32,000 nt of DNA from Idiomarina loihiensis L2TR (GTDB lineage Bacteria; Pseudomonadota; Gammaproteobacteria; Enterobacterales; Alteromonadaceae), in NCBI RefSeq assembly GCF_000008465.1, contig NC_006512.1, positions 2,490,001 through 2,522,000 of the forward strand, given 5' to 3'. The notes beneath the pieces are model-generated. The model worked only from the letters and a program-made list of their open reading frames with translations, was not told the origin of the DNA and ran no database searches. This document shows positions 1 to 9,966 of the stretch, in pieces. Positions within the stretch are counted from its first letter, which is position 1; the number at the start of each line of letters is the position of its first letter. Both the position numbers and the translations under genes were made by a program.

Positions 1-77
1 CGTAATGCGCCAATATAATTACCAATAGACAACTGTCCCGACGGCTGACAACCACTTAACACAATTGGTTTCGACAT
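1..77 (-). CDS. trpS: tryptophan--tRNA ligase, first ~25 codons only (gene continues past the left edge)
   Basis: The reverse complement of 1-77 reads ATG TCG AAA CCA... = [25 protein letters not shown](R). This matches the conserved class-I TrpRS N-terminus, including PSGxL(T/S)IGNY. The ATG at 75-77 lies 11 nt downstream of the rpe stop (89-91). Confidence 0.85.
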   Translation of the reverse strand, partial: MSKPIVLSGCQPSGQLSIGNYIGAL

Positions 78-88
78 TACTGTTTCCT

Positions 89-763
89 CTAAGAACCTGT
101 TACCGCAGCGATTTCATCGCGCATTGTCCGGATGACACTGGCGTAATCATCCGCATTAAAAATAGCTGAACCAGCAACGAACATGTCCGCGCCAGCTTCT
201 GCAATTTCACCAATATTTGAAACCTTAACACCACCATCCACTTCCAGGCGTATGTCGCGGCCACTTGCTTTAATTCGTTTACGCACCGCTCTGAGCTTAT
301 CAAGCGTTGACGGAATAAAAGACTGTCCACCAAAACCTGGGTTAACCGACATCAGTAAAATGACATCCACTTTGTCCATAACATGATCAAGGTAATGCAG
401 CGGTGTTGCAGGGTTTAACACTAAACCCGCCTGGCAACCCTGTTCGTGAATAAGCTGTAAAGTCCGGTCAACATGGTCGGATGCTTCCGGGTGGAAAGTA
501 ATGATAGAAGCCCCGGCTTCGGCAAAGTCTGGAATAATACGGTCAACAGGCTTAACCATTAAATGCACGTCAATTGGCGCTTCAATTCCGTAATCACGTA
601 ACGCTTTGCATACCATAGGACCTATCGTCAGGTTAGGCACGTAGTGGTTATCCATTACGTCAAAATGCACGACATCGGCACCAGCGTTCAATACCGCGTC
701 AACTTCCTCACCTAACCGCGCGAAGTCCGCGGACAGTATCGACGGTGCAATTAGTGGTTTCAT
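89..763 (-). CDS. rpe: ribulose-phosphate 3-epimerase
   Basis: 224-aa ORF. It starts [20 protein letters not shown] and contains [24 protein letters not shown] and EVDGG, all typical of Rpe TIM-barrel enzymes. Confidence 0.95.
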   Translation of the reverse strand: MKPLIAPSILSADFARLGEEVDAVLNAGADVVHFDVMDNHYVPNLTIGPMVCKALRDYGIEAPIDVHLMVKPVDRIIPDFAEAGASIITFHPEASDHVDRTLQLIHEQGCQAGLVLNPATPLHYLDHVMDKVDVILLMSVNPGFGGQSFIPSTLDKLRAVRKRIKASGRDIRLEVDGGVKVSNIGEIAEAGADMFVAGSAIFNADDYASVIRTMRDEIAAVTGS

Positions 764-898
764 TGTTCGTTTTCCTGACCTATTTCAAAATGATGCTTAT
801 TGTAGCAGTTAACCCATGACAAAAAAATTCGCAATGATGACTAGAATTTTTACAAAATCGCTGATAAATTAGTCAATCAAGACTTGAGAGGGACTTTC

Positions 899-1201
899 AT
901 GCGATTACTAACAATAATAACATCACTAGCATTAGCTGCGTTTACTGCGCTTGCTATCGTGAATCCTTCCTCGCTCGTTGCTCAGCAAAACCCCACTCAG
1001 CGCTGCCAGCAGCTTGTCACTGAAATAGAACCCAGTAACACCTCTGTTGAATGTCAGTTAGCTGCCGAGCAAGTGACATGGTTTAGCTGGTTAAAAGGCG
1101 ACAGCCGGTCCGTACAATTTCACTTCTTCGACTTGATTGAGTTAATCTCGAGTTCAAGCGACAGCAACAAAAAACATTATCAAAACGAATACACTGATTA
1201 A
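899..1201 (+). CDS. small exported hypothetical protein (100 aa from ATG 899)
   Basis: ATG 899 is preceded by GAGAGGGA (886-893) at 5-nt spacing. The track's TTG 884 start is less likely. It has a signal-like N-terminus (MRLLTIITSLALAAFTALAIV...LVA|QQ) and two Cys. I recognise no family. Confidence 0.5.
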   Translation: MRLLTIITSLALAAFTALAIVNPSSLVAQQNPTQRCQQLVTEIEPSNTSVECQLAAEQVTWFSWLKGDSRSVQFHFFDLIELISSSSDSNKKHYQNEYTD

Positions 1202-1422
1202 TGTCTGAATCTACCGAAAATAAAACCTCTAAACCAGGTGTCTTTAGTATGGTTATGAGTGTGTTGGCGGCATTTTTGGGTGTGCAAACAGAAAAAAACC
1301 GCCAACGAGACTTCCAGCATGGTAGCCCGAAAGCCTACATCATCATTGGCGTTATTCTTACCATTCTATTCGTGTTTGGTTTAATTGGTCTCGTTAACCT
1401 GGTCCTGGCTACCGCGGCCTGA
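1201..1422 (+). CDS. small membrane protein, DUF2970-like
   Basis: 73 aa. VLAAFLGVQTEKNRQRDF followed by a C-terminal TM helix (AYIIIGVILTILFVFGLIGLV) matches my recollection of DUF2970. Its start overlaps the upstream stop as TAATG (1199-1203). Confidence 0.65.
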   Translation: MSESTENKTSKPGVFSMVMSVLAAFLGVQTEKNRQRDFQHGSPKAYIIIGVILTILFVFGLIGLVNLVLATAA

Positions 1423-1495
1423 TGCCCTACCGTAGCCAGACATTCATGTCAGGTACAATGCCGAAATACCACACAATTGTGATTTCAATATCGCA

Positions 1496-1515
1496 CCTGA
1501 TGCAATAGCATCAGG
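1496..1515. other. hairpin (8-bp stem, 4-nt loop) spanning the prlC stop codon; possible weak terminator between convergent genes
   Basis: CCTGATGC-AATA-GCATCAGG. The prlC stop (1511-1513) sits in the 3' arm. There is no convincing U-tract on either strand. Confidence 0.3.
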
Positions 1516-3550
1516 CAGCTATGCCGCTATGACGTAACAAAGCTTCGGCATTCGGTTCGCGACCACGAAATTCCTGGAATAAATCTGCGGCTTTACGGCT
1601 GCCACCACGTTCCAGAATGACATGTAAAAAGTCGCGCCCGGTTGTAGCGTTAAATATGCCCTCTTCTTCAAAGCGCGCAAACGCATCAGACGACAGCACT
1701 TCAGCCCATTTGTAACTGTAATAACCTGCCGCATAGCCGCCAGCAAAGATATGACCAAAGCTATGCTGAAAACGGTTGTACTCCGGTGGAATACGTACCG
1801 AAGTTTGCTGACGCACTTCACTCAGAATTTCACTAATACGCGCACCCGTGTTTTCGTCAAACTCGTGGTGAATGCGCATATCAAACAGCGAGAACTCCAA
1901 TTGACGCATCATTTGCATAGCCGACTGATAATTGCGCGCAGCCAACATTTTTTCCAGAAGCTCCTGTGGCAGCGGTTCACCGGTTTCATAGTGTCCGGAT
2001 ATTAATGCCAGCGCTTCCGGTTCCCAGCACCAGTTTTCCAGGAATTGACTGGGCAGCTCAACAGCGTCCCATTCAACACCGTTAATACCAGACAAACCAG
2101 CGGTATCGACCTGAGTTAACATGTGGTGCAAGCCATGACCGAATTCATGGAATAATGTCAGCACTTCATCGTGAGTAAAGAGTGCAGGCTTACCACCCAC
2201 CGGCTTGCTAAAGTTACAGGTTAAAAAGGCCACCGGGTTTTGCAATTCGCCATCGGCGTGCACTCTGCGGCCGACAAAATCCGCCATCCAGGCGCCTCCT
2301 CGCTTGCCTGAACGCGCGTAGAGATCCAGATAGAAGCTGCCACGCAAATGTCCGTCGGCATCGTGAATGCGGAAGAAACGCACATTCTCATGCCAGGTTT
2401 TTACGTCTTTTTGCTCGCTAACCGTCATGCCAAACAGGCGCTTAACCACCTCAAACAAACCGTTTAGCACTTGTTGCTCAGGAAAGTAAGGGCGTAATAA
2501 TTCATCGGAAATAGAGTAGCGCTGCTGCTTTAACTGCTCACTAAAGTAAGGAACATCCCAGGCTTCCATTTTCTCCACGCCTTGCTCTGCCGCAAAGGTT
2601 TCAATTTCAGCATACTCGGCTTTCGCCTGTGCTTTAGACTTATTGGCAAGATCCTGCACAAAACCTAATACCTGCTCCGGCGACTCAGCCATTTTCGTCG
2701 CCAGTGACATTTCAGCAAAGTCGTTAAAACCTAACAGTTCCGACATTTCATGACGCAAAGCCAAAGTTTCGTTCATAACCTCAGAGTTATCGAACTCCCC
2801 GCCATTAGGCCCAGTTTCCGACGCGCGGGTCACAAAAGCCTGGTACATTTCTTTACGCAGCTCCCGGTCTTCGGCGTACAACATGACCGGCAGATAACTT
2901 GGAATATCTAAAGTGAACAACCAGCCTTCTTTTTCCTGGTCTGCTGCGGTTTCTTTTGCAGCTTCTTTGATGCTTTCCGGCAAGCCAGCCAGGCGGCTTT
3001 CATCGGTAATCAGGCAAGTCCATGCGTGGGTGGCATCCAGCAAGTTGTTGCTGAAGATTGAAGACAAGTCAGACAGCCGCGATGAAATTTCAGCATAACG
3101 TTTCTTTTTGTCTTCGGGTAAATCCACACCCGACAAACGAAAATCACGTAAGGTGTCGTTAATGAGTTTTTGCTGAGCTTCGGTCAAACTGTCGAACTCG
3201 TCACTTTCACGCAGTGCCTGATAAGCGTCAAACAAGCCTTTGTGCTGTCCTACATAGGTTGCGTAGTCCGACAACAATGGCAGGCAACTGTCATGCGCTT
3301 CACGCAGTTCAGGCGTGCTTAATACGGAGTTCAAATGCGATACCGGTGCCCAGACATGCTCAAGCTTTTCATCCGCATCGGTCAAAGGTTCAATCAAACC
3401 ATTCCAGCTAAAATCACCATGTTCCAGTACTTCATCAATGGTTTTTCGAGCGTGCTGTATGCACTCTTCAACAGCGGGTTGAATATGTTCGGGTTTAATT
3501 TGCTCAAAGTCCGGAAGCTGGCTCTGTTCTAATAGCGGGTTATGGCTCAT
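1511..3550 (-). CDS. prlC: oligopeptidase A (M3 family zinc metallopeptidase)
   Basis: 679 aa. It carries the HEFGH zinc motif (LFHEFGHGLHHML) and has PrlC-like length and N-terminus (MSHNPLLEQSQLPDFEQIKPEHI). No signal peptide, so cytoplasmic. Confidence 0.95.
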   Translation of the reverse strand: MSHNPLLEQSQLPDFEQIKPEHIQPAVEECIQHARKTIDEVLEHGDFSWNGLIEPLTDADEKLEHVWAPVSHLNSVLSTPELREAHDSCLPLLSDYATYVGQHKGLFDAYQALRESDEFDSLTEAQQKLINDTLRDFRLSGVDLPEDKKKRYAEISSRLSDLSSIFSNNLLDATHAWTCLITDESRLAGLPESIKEAAKETAADQEKEGWLFTLDIPSYLPVMLYAEDRELRKEMYQAFVTRASETGPNGGEFDNSEVMNETLALRHEMSELLGFNDFAEMSLATKMAESPEQVLGFVQDLANKSKAQAKAEYAEIETFAAEQGVEKMEAWDVPYFSEQLKQQRYSISDELLRPYFPEQQVLNGLFEVVKRLFGMTVSEQKDVKTWHENVRFFRIHDADGHLRGSFYLDLYARSGKRGGAWMADFVGRRVHADGELQNPVAFLTCNFSKPVGGKPALFTHDEVLTLFHEFGHGLHHMLTQVDTAGLSGINGVEWDAVELPSQFLENWCWEPEALALISGHYETGEPLPQELLEKMLAARNYQSAMQMMRQLEFSLFDMRIHHEFDENTGARISEILSEVRQQTSVRIPPEYNRFQHSFGHIFAGGYAAGYYSYKWAEVLSSDAFARFEEEGIFNATTGRDFLHVILERGGSRKAADLFQEFRGREPNAEALLRHSGIAA

Positions 3551-3684
3551 TTTTACCTCAATTTTTCAAAATGCTTACAATGGATATTGGGGCTTTGCGC
3601 TAGTCTTCAACCACGCTTATGTGGTTTCCTGCGTTTTTTGCGGTATTATCAGTTCGTTAATAAATCAGAATAAAGGTAAATGTC

Positions 3685-5994
3685 ATGTCTGACACCTCTT
3701 TTCGATCTTTACGCTTATTGGCCGGATTAACGGCTATTATTACCTTAAGTGCCTGTAGTACCCTGGGTGGACAATCCACTGCGGACTCCGATAAAGCTGA
3801 CGTAACAGGTGTTAGCCAGCTGACAGCGGAGAAAATATTCGCCAGTGATACCTTCAATATTGACCGCCCGGCTCCAACTCGCTGGCTGGAAGACGGTTCA
3901 GGTTATACGACTTTAGAGCAGTCCAACTCGGCAGATGGTCGCGATATTGTTCGTTATCATCCTGAAACCAACGAACGCACGGTTTTAGTCAGTGCTGAAC
4001 AGCTTACCCCTAAAGGTAGAAGCAAAGCGCTGGATATTGCCAATTACGTCTGGTCAGACGATGGCGACAAAGTACTCATTTTCACCAATACCAAGCGTTC
4101 GTGGCGTACCCATACTCTGGGCGACTACTGGGTGCTGGACCGCAGCAACAACGAATTACGCCAACTGGGTGGTAATGCGCCCGAGTCGACTTTGCAGTTT
4201 GCCAAGTTTAATCCGCAAGGCACAAAAGTCGCGTTCGTTATGCAGAACAACATTTATGTACAGGACCTTAGCAGCTTCACTGTCAGCGCGCTGACCAGCG
4301 ACGGCAGCGACACTATCGTTAACGGCACCTTCGACTGGGTTAACGAAGAAGAGTTTTTCCTGCGCGACGGTTTCCGCTGGAGTCCGGATGGGCAGCACAT
4401 TGCTTACTGGCAGCTGGACACCGAAGGCACACCAGTATTCACCATGATCAACAACACCGACGAACTCTACCCAACGTTAAAAAAATTCCCTTACCCGAAA
4501 GTGGGTGAAACTAACGCTGCTATGCGCATTGGCGTTATGCCGGCCAGTGGCGGTCAGACAAAATGGATGGATATTCCCGGTGACCCTCGCCAGCATTACC
4601 TGGTGCGCATGAACTGGGCTGGCAACAGCGAAAAACTGTTAATTCAGCAACTGACCCGCAAACAGCACATTAATCGCGCTTTTATCAGCGATATTGAAAC
4701 CGGTCGCAGTCAGGAGCTGTTACGCGAGAGCACCGACTCGTGGGCCGAATATGTGGACGACATTCACTTTTTAAATGATGGTCGCGAATTTACCTGGTTA
4801 AGCGAACGCAGCGGTTATCGCCATATTTATCGCGTGCATCGTGATACTGGCAGAACCACAGCGATTACCCGCGGTAACTGGGACGTGGTTGAAGTGCTGC
4901 GGGTAAACGAAGAAAACGGCTGGGTCTATTTTATTGCTTCACCGGAAACACCTCTGGAGCGTTATCTGTTCCGCGCCAGCTTAGACGGCAGCGGCCGCTT
5001 AGAACGTCTGACCCCGGACATGGACGGCACCCACAGTTACAGCATTTCGCAAGACGCCAAATACGCTGAACATACCTTTAGTTCGGTTAACCAGGTTCCG
5101 GTTACTAATATGATTTCACTGCCGGATCATGAAGTTATTCGTACGGTGGTTGACAATAACGAGGTACAGCAAGCGGTTGATCAGGTGCAGAAACAACCGG
5201 TTGAGTTTTTCCGGGTGGAAGCTCGTGACGGGTTAGAGCTGGACGGCTACATTATGAAGCCGACTGACTTCGACCCCAGCAAAAAATACCCCATTTTGTT
5301 CTACGTTTACGGCGAACCCTGGGGGCAGACAGTGGCCAACCGCTGGGGCGGCTCATTGTATTTATGGCACACCATGCTGACACAGCAGGGCTATATTGTT
5401 GCGTCTATTGATAACCGCGGCACCAAATCACCACGCGGCTTTGACTGGCGCCGTTCTATTTACAAGAACCTGGGCGTTGTTACCGTACGCGACCAATACG
5501 ATGCGCTGCAACAAATGCTGGAACGCTGGGACTTCATTGATGAAAGCCGCGTAGGCATTTGGGGACACAGCGGCGGCGGTTCACAAACCCTGAATGCGTT
5601 ATTCCGTTACCCTGACAGCTACCACATGGGTATGGCGCTGGCACCAGTACCTGATTTAACGCTGTACGACACCATTTATCAGGAACGTTACTCCGGCTTA
5701 CTGCCTGAGTCAGCCGAGCGTTATAAAGAAACCTCAGCCATTACTCACGCTGAAAACCTCGAAGGCGACCTACTGTTAGTACACGGTACAGGCGACGACA
5801 ACGTTCACTTTCAGGGCAGCGAGCGCCTGGTCAATGAGCTCATTAAACACGGTAAACAGTTTGAGTTTTTCGCTTACCCGAACCGCTCTCATGGTATTTA
5901 CGAAGGTGAAGGTACAACCCTTCATTTACGCACCATGATGACCGAGTTTGTGAAAGAGAACTTACCAGCCGGCGAACGCTCGTCATCTGAGTAA
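3685..5994 (+). CDS. S9B dipeptidyl-peptidase IV-like serine peptidase, lipoprotein
   Basis: 769 aa. Lipobox LSAC|S. DPPIV_N-like beta-propeller (FRWSPDGQHIAYW). Catalytic triad context: GIWGHSGGG (Ser), GTGDDNVH (Asp), NRSHGI (His). Confidence 0.9.
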   Translation: MSDTSFRSLRLLAGLTAIITLSACSTLGGQSTADSDKADVTGVSQLTAEKIFASDTFNIDRPAPTRWLEDGSGYTTLEQSNSADGRDIVRYHPETNERTVLVSAEQLTPKGRSKALDIANYVWSDDGDKVLIFTNTKRSWRTHTLGDYWVLDRSNNELRQLGGNAPESTLQFAKFNPQGTKVAFVMQNNIYVQDLSSFTVSALTSDGSDTIVNGTFDWVNEEEFFLRDGFRWSPDGQHIAYWQLDTEGTPVFTMINNTDELYPTLKKFPYPKVGETNAAMRIGVMPASGGQTKWMDIPGDPRQHYLVRMNWAGNSEKLLIQQLTRKQHINRAFISDIETGRSQELLRESTDSWAEYVDDIHFLNDGREFTWLSERSGYRHIYRVHRDTGRTTAITRGNWDVVEVLRVNEENGWVYFIASPETPLERYLFRASLDGSGRLERLTPDMDGTHSYSISQDAKYAEHTFSSVNQVPVTNMISLPDHEVIRTVVDNNEVQQAVDQVQKQPVEFFRVEARDGLELDGYIMKPTDFDPSKKYPILFYVYGEPWGQTVANRWGGSLYLWHTMLTQQGYIVASIDNRGTKSPRGFDWRRSIYKNLGVVTVRDQYDALQQMLERWDFIDESRVGIWGHSGGGSQTLNALFRYPDSYHMGMALAPVPDLTLYDTIYQERYSGLLPESAERYKETSAITHAENLEGDLLLVHGTGDDNVHFQGSERLVNELIKHGKQFEFFAYPNRSHGIYEGEGTTLHLRTMMTEFVKENLPAGERSSSE

Positions 5995-6039
5995 TGAACT
6001 GATCTTTCGATTACCGCTATCGGTATAAAAAACATGACA

Positions 6040-6076
6040 ACCCCGCGTCTTTATTTGCAAGATGCGGGGTTTTTAT
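6040..6076 (+). terminator. Rho-independent terminator after the DPP-IV-like gene
   Basis: 11-bp stem: 6040-6050 ACCCCGCGTCT pairs with 6060-6070 AGATGCGGGGT (one G-U pair). 9-nt loop, then TTTTTATT. Confidence 0.8.
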
Positions 6077-6121
6077 TCAAGATATCCGCAGTTTTGGAAT
6101 TAAGCACAGGAGTTAAGCAGT

Positions 6122-7474
6122 ATGAGCAGACATTATGACTATCTTGCGATAGGTGCCGGCAGTGGCGGCATAGCCTCAGCCAACCGCGCAGCCATTCGTG
6201 GCGCGAAAGCCGCCGTTATTGAAGCGAAACACGTTGGCGGCACCTGCGTAAACGTGGGCTGTGTTCCCAAGAAAGTCATGTGGTACGGCGCTCATATTGC
6301 TGAAGCCATAAAATACTCGCCGTCATACGGCTTTGAGCTTGAACAGAAAGGTTTTGACTGGGCGACTATGGTTAAAAACCGCGAAGCCTATATTGAACGC
6401 ATTCACGGTGGTTACCATCGCGGCTTTCAAGGTAATGGCGTTGAGTTTATAGAAGGCTTTGCGAAATTCGTTGACCACAAAACAGTAGAGGTTAACGGAG
6501 AAAAGATTACCGCTGACCATATTACCATTGCCACCGGCGGGCGCCCCATGATCCCTGAAATTCCGGGCGCAGAGCATGGTATAGACTCTGACGGCTTCTT
6601 TGCCCTGACGGAACAGCCTAAAAAAGCAGCCGTTATTGGAGCCGGTTATATTGCCGTTGAAATTGCCGGCGTGTTTCATGCCTTAGGCACTGACACTCAC
6701 TTAATGGTACGTCGTGACCGCCCATTACGCACCTTTGATAAAGATATTACCGATGGTTTGCTGGAGCGCATGAAGCAGGACGGCCCTGAACTTCATACAG
6801 AAACCACCGTTCGTGAAGTGGTTAAGCAAGACGACGGTACGTTAACGCTGCACTTTGAAGGTGGTCAGACAATGGACGGCTTCGACTGCTTAGTCTGGGC
6901 TATAGGCCGCGTGCCATCCACCGATAAAATTAACCTGGAATGCACCGGTGTAGAACTGGATAGCGAAGGCTTTATTAACGTCGATAAATTCCAGAATACC
7001 AACGTACAAGGTATTTACGCTGTAGGCGATAATACTGGTGCCGCAGCACTTACACCGGTTGCTATAAAAGCAGGACGCTTACTGGCGGAGCGCTTGTTTA
7101 ACAACATGCCAAACGCACATATGGACTTTGAAAACATTCCGACCGTTGTGTTCAGCCACCCGACCATTGGTACCGTTGGTCTGAGCGAGGAAGACGCTAA
7201 GCTCAAATTCGGCGAAGACAACATTACCGTGTATAAGTCATCGTTCGCAGCCATGTACAATGCCATTACCCCGCACCGCGCCCTTAGCTACTTTAAGCTG
7301 GTATGCCATGGTAAAGAAGAGAAAGTGGTAGGCATTCACGGTATTGGTGAAGGCATGGACGAGATATTACAAGGCTTTGCCGTTGCTTTGAAGATGGGGG
7401 CAACTAAGGCCGATTTAGATTCTACGGTTGCGCTGCATCCGACCAGTGCCGAGGAGTTTGTTACTCTGAAATAA
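6122..7474 (+). CDS. gor: glutathione-disulfide reductase
   Basis: 450 aa. FAD-binding GAGSGG, redox-active disulfide [13 protein letters not shown], and C-terminal [11 protein letters not shown] active-site His/Glu. Confidence 0.95.
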   Translation: MSRHYDYLAIGAGSGGIASANRAAIRGAKAAVIEAKHVGGTCVNVGCVPKKVMWYGAHIAEAIKYSPSYGFELEQKGFDWATMVKNREAYIERIHGGYHRGFQGNGVEFIEGFAKFVDHKTVEVNGEKITADHITIATGGRPMIPEIPGAEHGIDSDGFFALTEQPKKAAVIGAGYIAVEIAGVFHALGTDTHLMVRRDRPLRTFDKDITDGLLERMKQDGPELHTETTVREVVKQDDGTLTLHFEGGQTMDGFDCLVWAIGRVPSTDKINLECTGVELDSEGFINVDKFQNTNVQGIYAVGDNTGAAALTPVAIKAGRLLAERLFNNMPNAHMDFENIPTVVFSHPTIGTVGLSEEDAKLKFGEDNITVYKSSFAAMYNAITPHRALSYFKLVCHGKEEKVVGIHGIGEGMDEILQGFAVALKMGATKADLDSTVALHPTSAEEFVTLK

Positions 7475-7486
7475 GAAGGGTACAGG

Positions 7487-7514
7487 AAGCCCCGCAAATT
7501 CTCTCGCGGGGCTT
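7487..7514. terminator. shared hairpin terminator between convergent gor and the 449-aa orphan
   Basis: 9-bp stem AAGCCCCGC (7487-7495) / GCGGGGCTT (7506-7514) with a 10-nt loop. It lies in the 61-nt gap between the two stop codons. U-tracts are weak. Confidence 0.6.
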
Positions 7515-7535
7515 ATTGTCAACAGTATAAACATG

Positions 7536-8885
7536 TCAAGCTTTAGCGCCAGAGGCATATTCCCAAGGATCCCGAACGTTTTCGTCAGACTCCGCCGGCG
7601 GAATATAAGATGACACCACTTTTTCCAAGTCTTCCAGGTATTCCCATTTGGTTTTCGGCACGTAGGAACGTCCGCTTCTCCGGTCCTCACCCTCGCGGGC
7701 TTCATAAACAGCCTGCAAAGCATCTTTACTACTTAAAACGGACTGCAGTTTATTCATCGCCTGTGGCTCTGCTTTCATTTCTATAAGTTCATTGGTGCTG
7801 CTCGTTTGTATACCTAATAGATTATCGAGGCCGATGACCGCAGCTTCCAGGTAGCCGATCTGTTCCTTTCTATTTAGGTCGTTAAGTTGGTCACCCATTT
7901 CTACGAGCTGTTCGTCACTGAAATTATAGGTCGTCAGCAACTCCCCCATATTCTCAAGCATTTTTTTCGTTGTCTCGAATAGGTTATCGCCAAACCCTTT
8001 GCTGATACTCACCACATGTTCCGAATCACCAAAAGCGCTCATTTCAAAGAAAGGGTTTGTTTTAAGTGCTACTTTACCAATAAAAGACAATATGCTCGTT
8101 CTGGCCTCATCACTTTTATCCAGAAGACCGTCAAGCAGTTGCTCACCTTCAATCCGGCTCATTCCAAGTACATTTAACAAGCTACTTTGCTGTTCCCGGC
8201 TGTATTGATCGAGCTTGTTAACAAAATCAGCGGGCGATTTGGTATCTATTACGGTCGAAACAAAGTTCTGCAGGTCGTTCGCGCTCGATTTAACGTCGAA
8301 ATATCCTCCTAAAGATTCATAGGTATCATTGTTCTCACGCTCAGCTTTGTGAATACTGATTTTTTCATCATATTCAGCCGCCTTTTCAATCAGTTGATCC
8401 CGGGCAATTCGCTGAGTGTCTGATAGCACTTCAATAAATTGTTCTACTTTTTCTTCGTATGTTCTGGAGGGATTAAATTCATTAACATGGGTAAAAAGCA
8501 TGTTTGCAGAAGCCGACAACCCATAAAATATATCGGTTAACTGCGAAAGTTGCTCTTTGTCCAGGGTTTCAACCATAGACAAGAAATCATCATTCGATGT
8601 AATACCTAGCCTACCCAGCCGGATAAAATCTTCCTCAGACATTTTTGAGTACAAATCTTTTAGTTTTTCTATTTTCTCCGCCGAGAATTCTGATTGTATT
8701 GGCTCTTCCAGCCATTTATTAAAATTAAAATAGAGTTTATCTAGCTCACTAAGGAAGACGCCCTGGGTATTTTCAGGCTGGGTATCCAAAGGCTCCGCCA
8801 CATGGCTCTGTAGCACCGTTATCGGCTGCTTAGAGGGTACCGGCTTGGTTAAGGCTGAATAGTGATTTGTTATTGATATTTTCAC
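7536..8885 (-). CDS. acidic hypothetical protein, 449 aa, no recognisable domain
   Basis: Long uninterrupted ORF with a GTG start and AAGAG 7 nt upstream. No signal peptide or TM segment. Rich in D/E/L/S with predicted helical character. AT-rich compared with its neighbours. Confidence 0.7.
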   Translation of the reverse strand: MKISITNHYSALTKPVPSKQPITVLQSHVAEPLDTQPENTQGVFLSELDKLYFNFNKWLEEPIQSEFSAEKIEKLKDLYSKMSEEDFIRLGRLGITSNDDFLSMVETLDKEQLSQLTDIFYGLSASANMLFTHVNEFNPSRTYEEKVEQFIEVLSDTQRIARDQLIEKAAEYDEKISIHKAERENNDTYESLGGYFDVKSSANDLQNFVSTVIDTKSPADFVNKLDQYSREQQSSLLNVLGMSRIEGEQLLDGLLDKSDEARTSILSFIGKVALKTNPFFEMSAFGDSEHVVSISKGFGDNLFETTKKMLENMGELLTTYNFSDEQLVEMGDQLNDLNRKEQIGYLEAAVIGLDNLLGIQTSSTNELIEMKAEPQAMNKLQSVLSSKDALQAVYEAREGEDRRSGRSYVPKTKWEYLEDLEKVVSSYIPPAESDENVRDPWEYASGAKA

Positions 8886-9051
8886 CTTTAGTCTCTTTCT
8901 AGTATGAGATACTTACTATAACCATCGGCAGTAACGAGCAAATATTGAGCAAAAATTTGAGGATTTCTTCCTTGCGCCCCCGGCACTTTGCGGTAATCTT
9001 TAAAAAAGATAACAAACGAACTTAGATAACTTTGAAGGCAGCCAGTATTCC

Positions 9052-9966
9052 ATGAGCAATATTCTTAACAATGCTGAACAAGGTTGTGACTCGCACGAAC
9101 AACCGTCATCTGCAATAGAAGTTATTATTGAACCTCGCGACAGCGACTTAGGCGGCTTTTATGTCCGCCGCGCATTACCCACTCGCCAAAAGCGTATGGT
9201 CGGACCGTGGATTTTCTTTGATGAAATGGGCCCAGCCGACTTCCCACAGGGAGAAGGTGTCAATGTCGCACCACACCCGCATATTGGGTTATCCACTGTC
9301 ACTTACTTATTCGATGGCGAAATGCTGCACCGGGACTCCATTGGCAGTTATCAGATAATTATGCCCGGCGATATCAACCTGATGGTCGCAGGCAAAGGCG
9401 TTACGCACTCAGAAAGAGAGCGCCCGGAAATTACCGCCCGTGAACACAGACTTCATGGCTTGCAACTCTGGTTAGCTTTGCCTGAACAGTACGAACAGAC
9501 AGAGCCGGCCTTTTATCATATTCCGTCAACCGATATTCCGTCGGCTAAGGTGAATGGGGTTTCGGTTCGCGTCATGATAGGTGAAGCTTATGGCGTAAAG
9601 TCACCTGTACCTACCTTGTCTGAAATTTTGTACCTAGAAGCCAAGTTGGATTCTGGCCAAGAACTGACGTTACCGACAACAGAAGAGTTGGCTGTTTATA
9701 TCGTTTCTGGGCGCTTAAGCTCAGAAGGTAAAGAACTAGCGGCAAGAACATTGGTTGTATTAAAAACTGAAGAGCAACCCGTTATTACAGCTCAGGAACC
9801 ATCACATATTGTCATTATTGGCGGTAATGCATTGGGCAACCGATTTATTAACTGGAATTTTGTGTCCTCTAATAAAGAACTAATAGAGCAGGCAAGAAAA
9901 GATTGGCAGAATCAACGCTTTGATAAAGTTGTTGGCGATGAAGATGAGTTTATTCCTTTGCCTTAG
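9052..9966 (+). CDS. pirin family (bicupin) protein
   Basis: 304 aa. Cupin metal-site context [23 protein letters not shown]...HSE, and the two-domain pirin length. Confidence 0.9.
   Translation: MSNILNNAEQGCDSHEQPSSAIEVIIEPRDSDLGGFYVRRALPTRQKRMVGPWIFFDEMGPADFPQGEGVNVAPHPHIGLSTVTYLFDGEMLHRDSIGSYQIIMPGDINLMVAGKGVTHSERERPEITAREHRLHGLQLWLALPEQYEQTEPAFYHIPSTDIPSAKVNGVSVRVMIGEAYGVKSPVPTLSEILYLEAKLDSGQELTLPTTEELAVYIVSGRLSSEGKELAARTLVVLKTEEQPVITAQEPSHIVIIGGNALGNRFINWNFVSSNKELIEQARKDWQNQRFDKVVGDEDEFIPLP

Noticed and set aside
100-386. Track ORFs 100-333 (-) and 183-386 (+) inside rpe
   Set aside because: They lie entirely within, or antisense to, the well-supported rpe frame. They have no RBS and a low-complexity or odd composition, so they are shadow ORFs.
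6323-7266. Antisense ORFs 6323-6679 (118 aa) and 7015-7266 (83 aa) within gor
   Set aside because: These are typical shadow ORFs opposite a GC-richer, strongly conserved gene. I see no motifs or start signals.
7415-7723. 102-aa minus-strand ORF spanning the gor 3' end, the shared terminator hairpin and the orphan's 3' end
   Set aside because: It crosses a terminator and overlaps two better-supported genes in other frames. Its Arg/Lys/Cys-rich composition is typical of out-of-frame translation.
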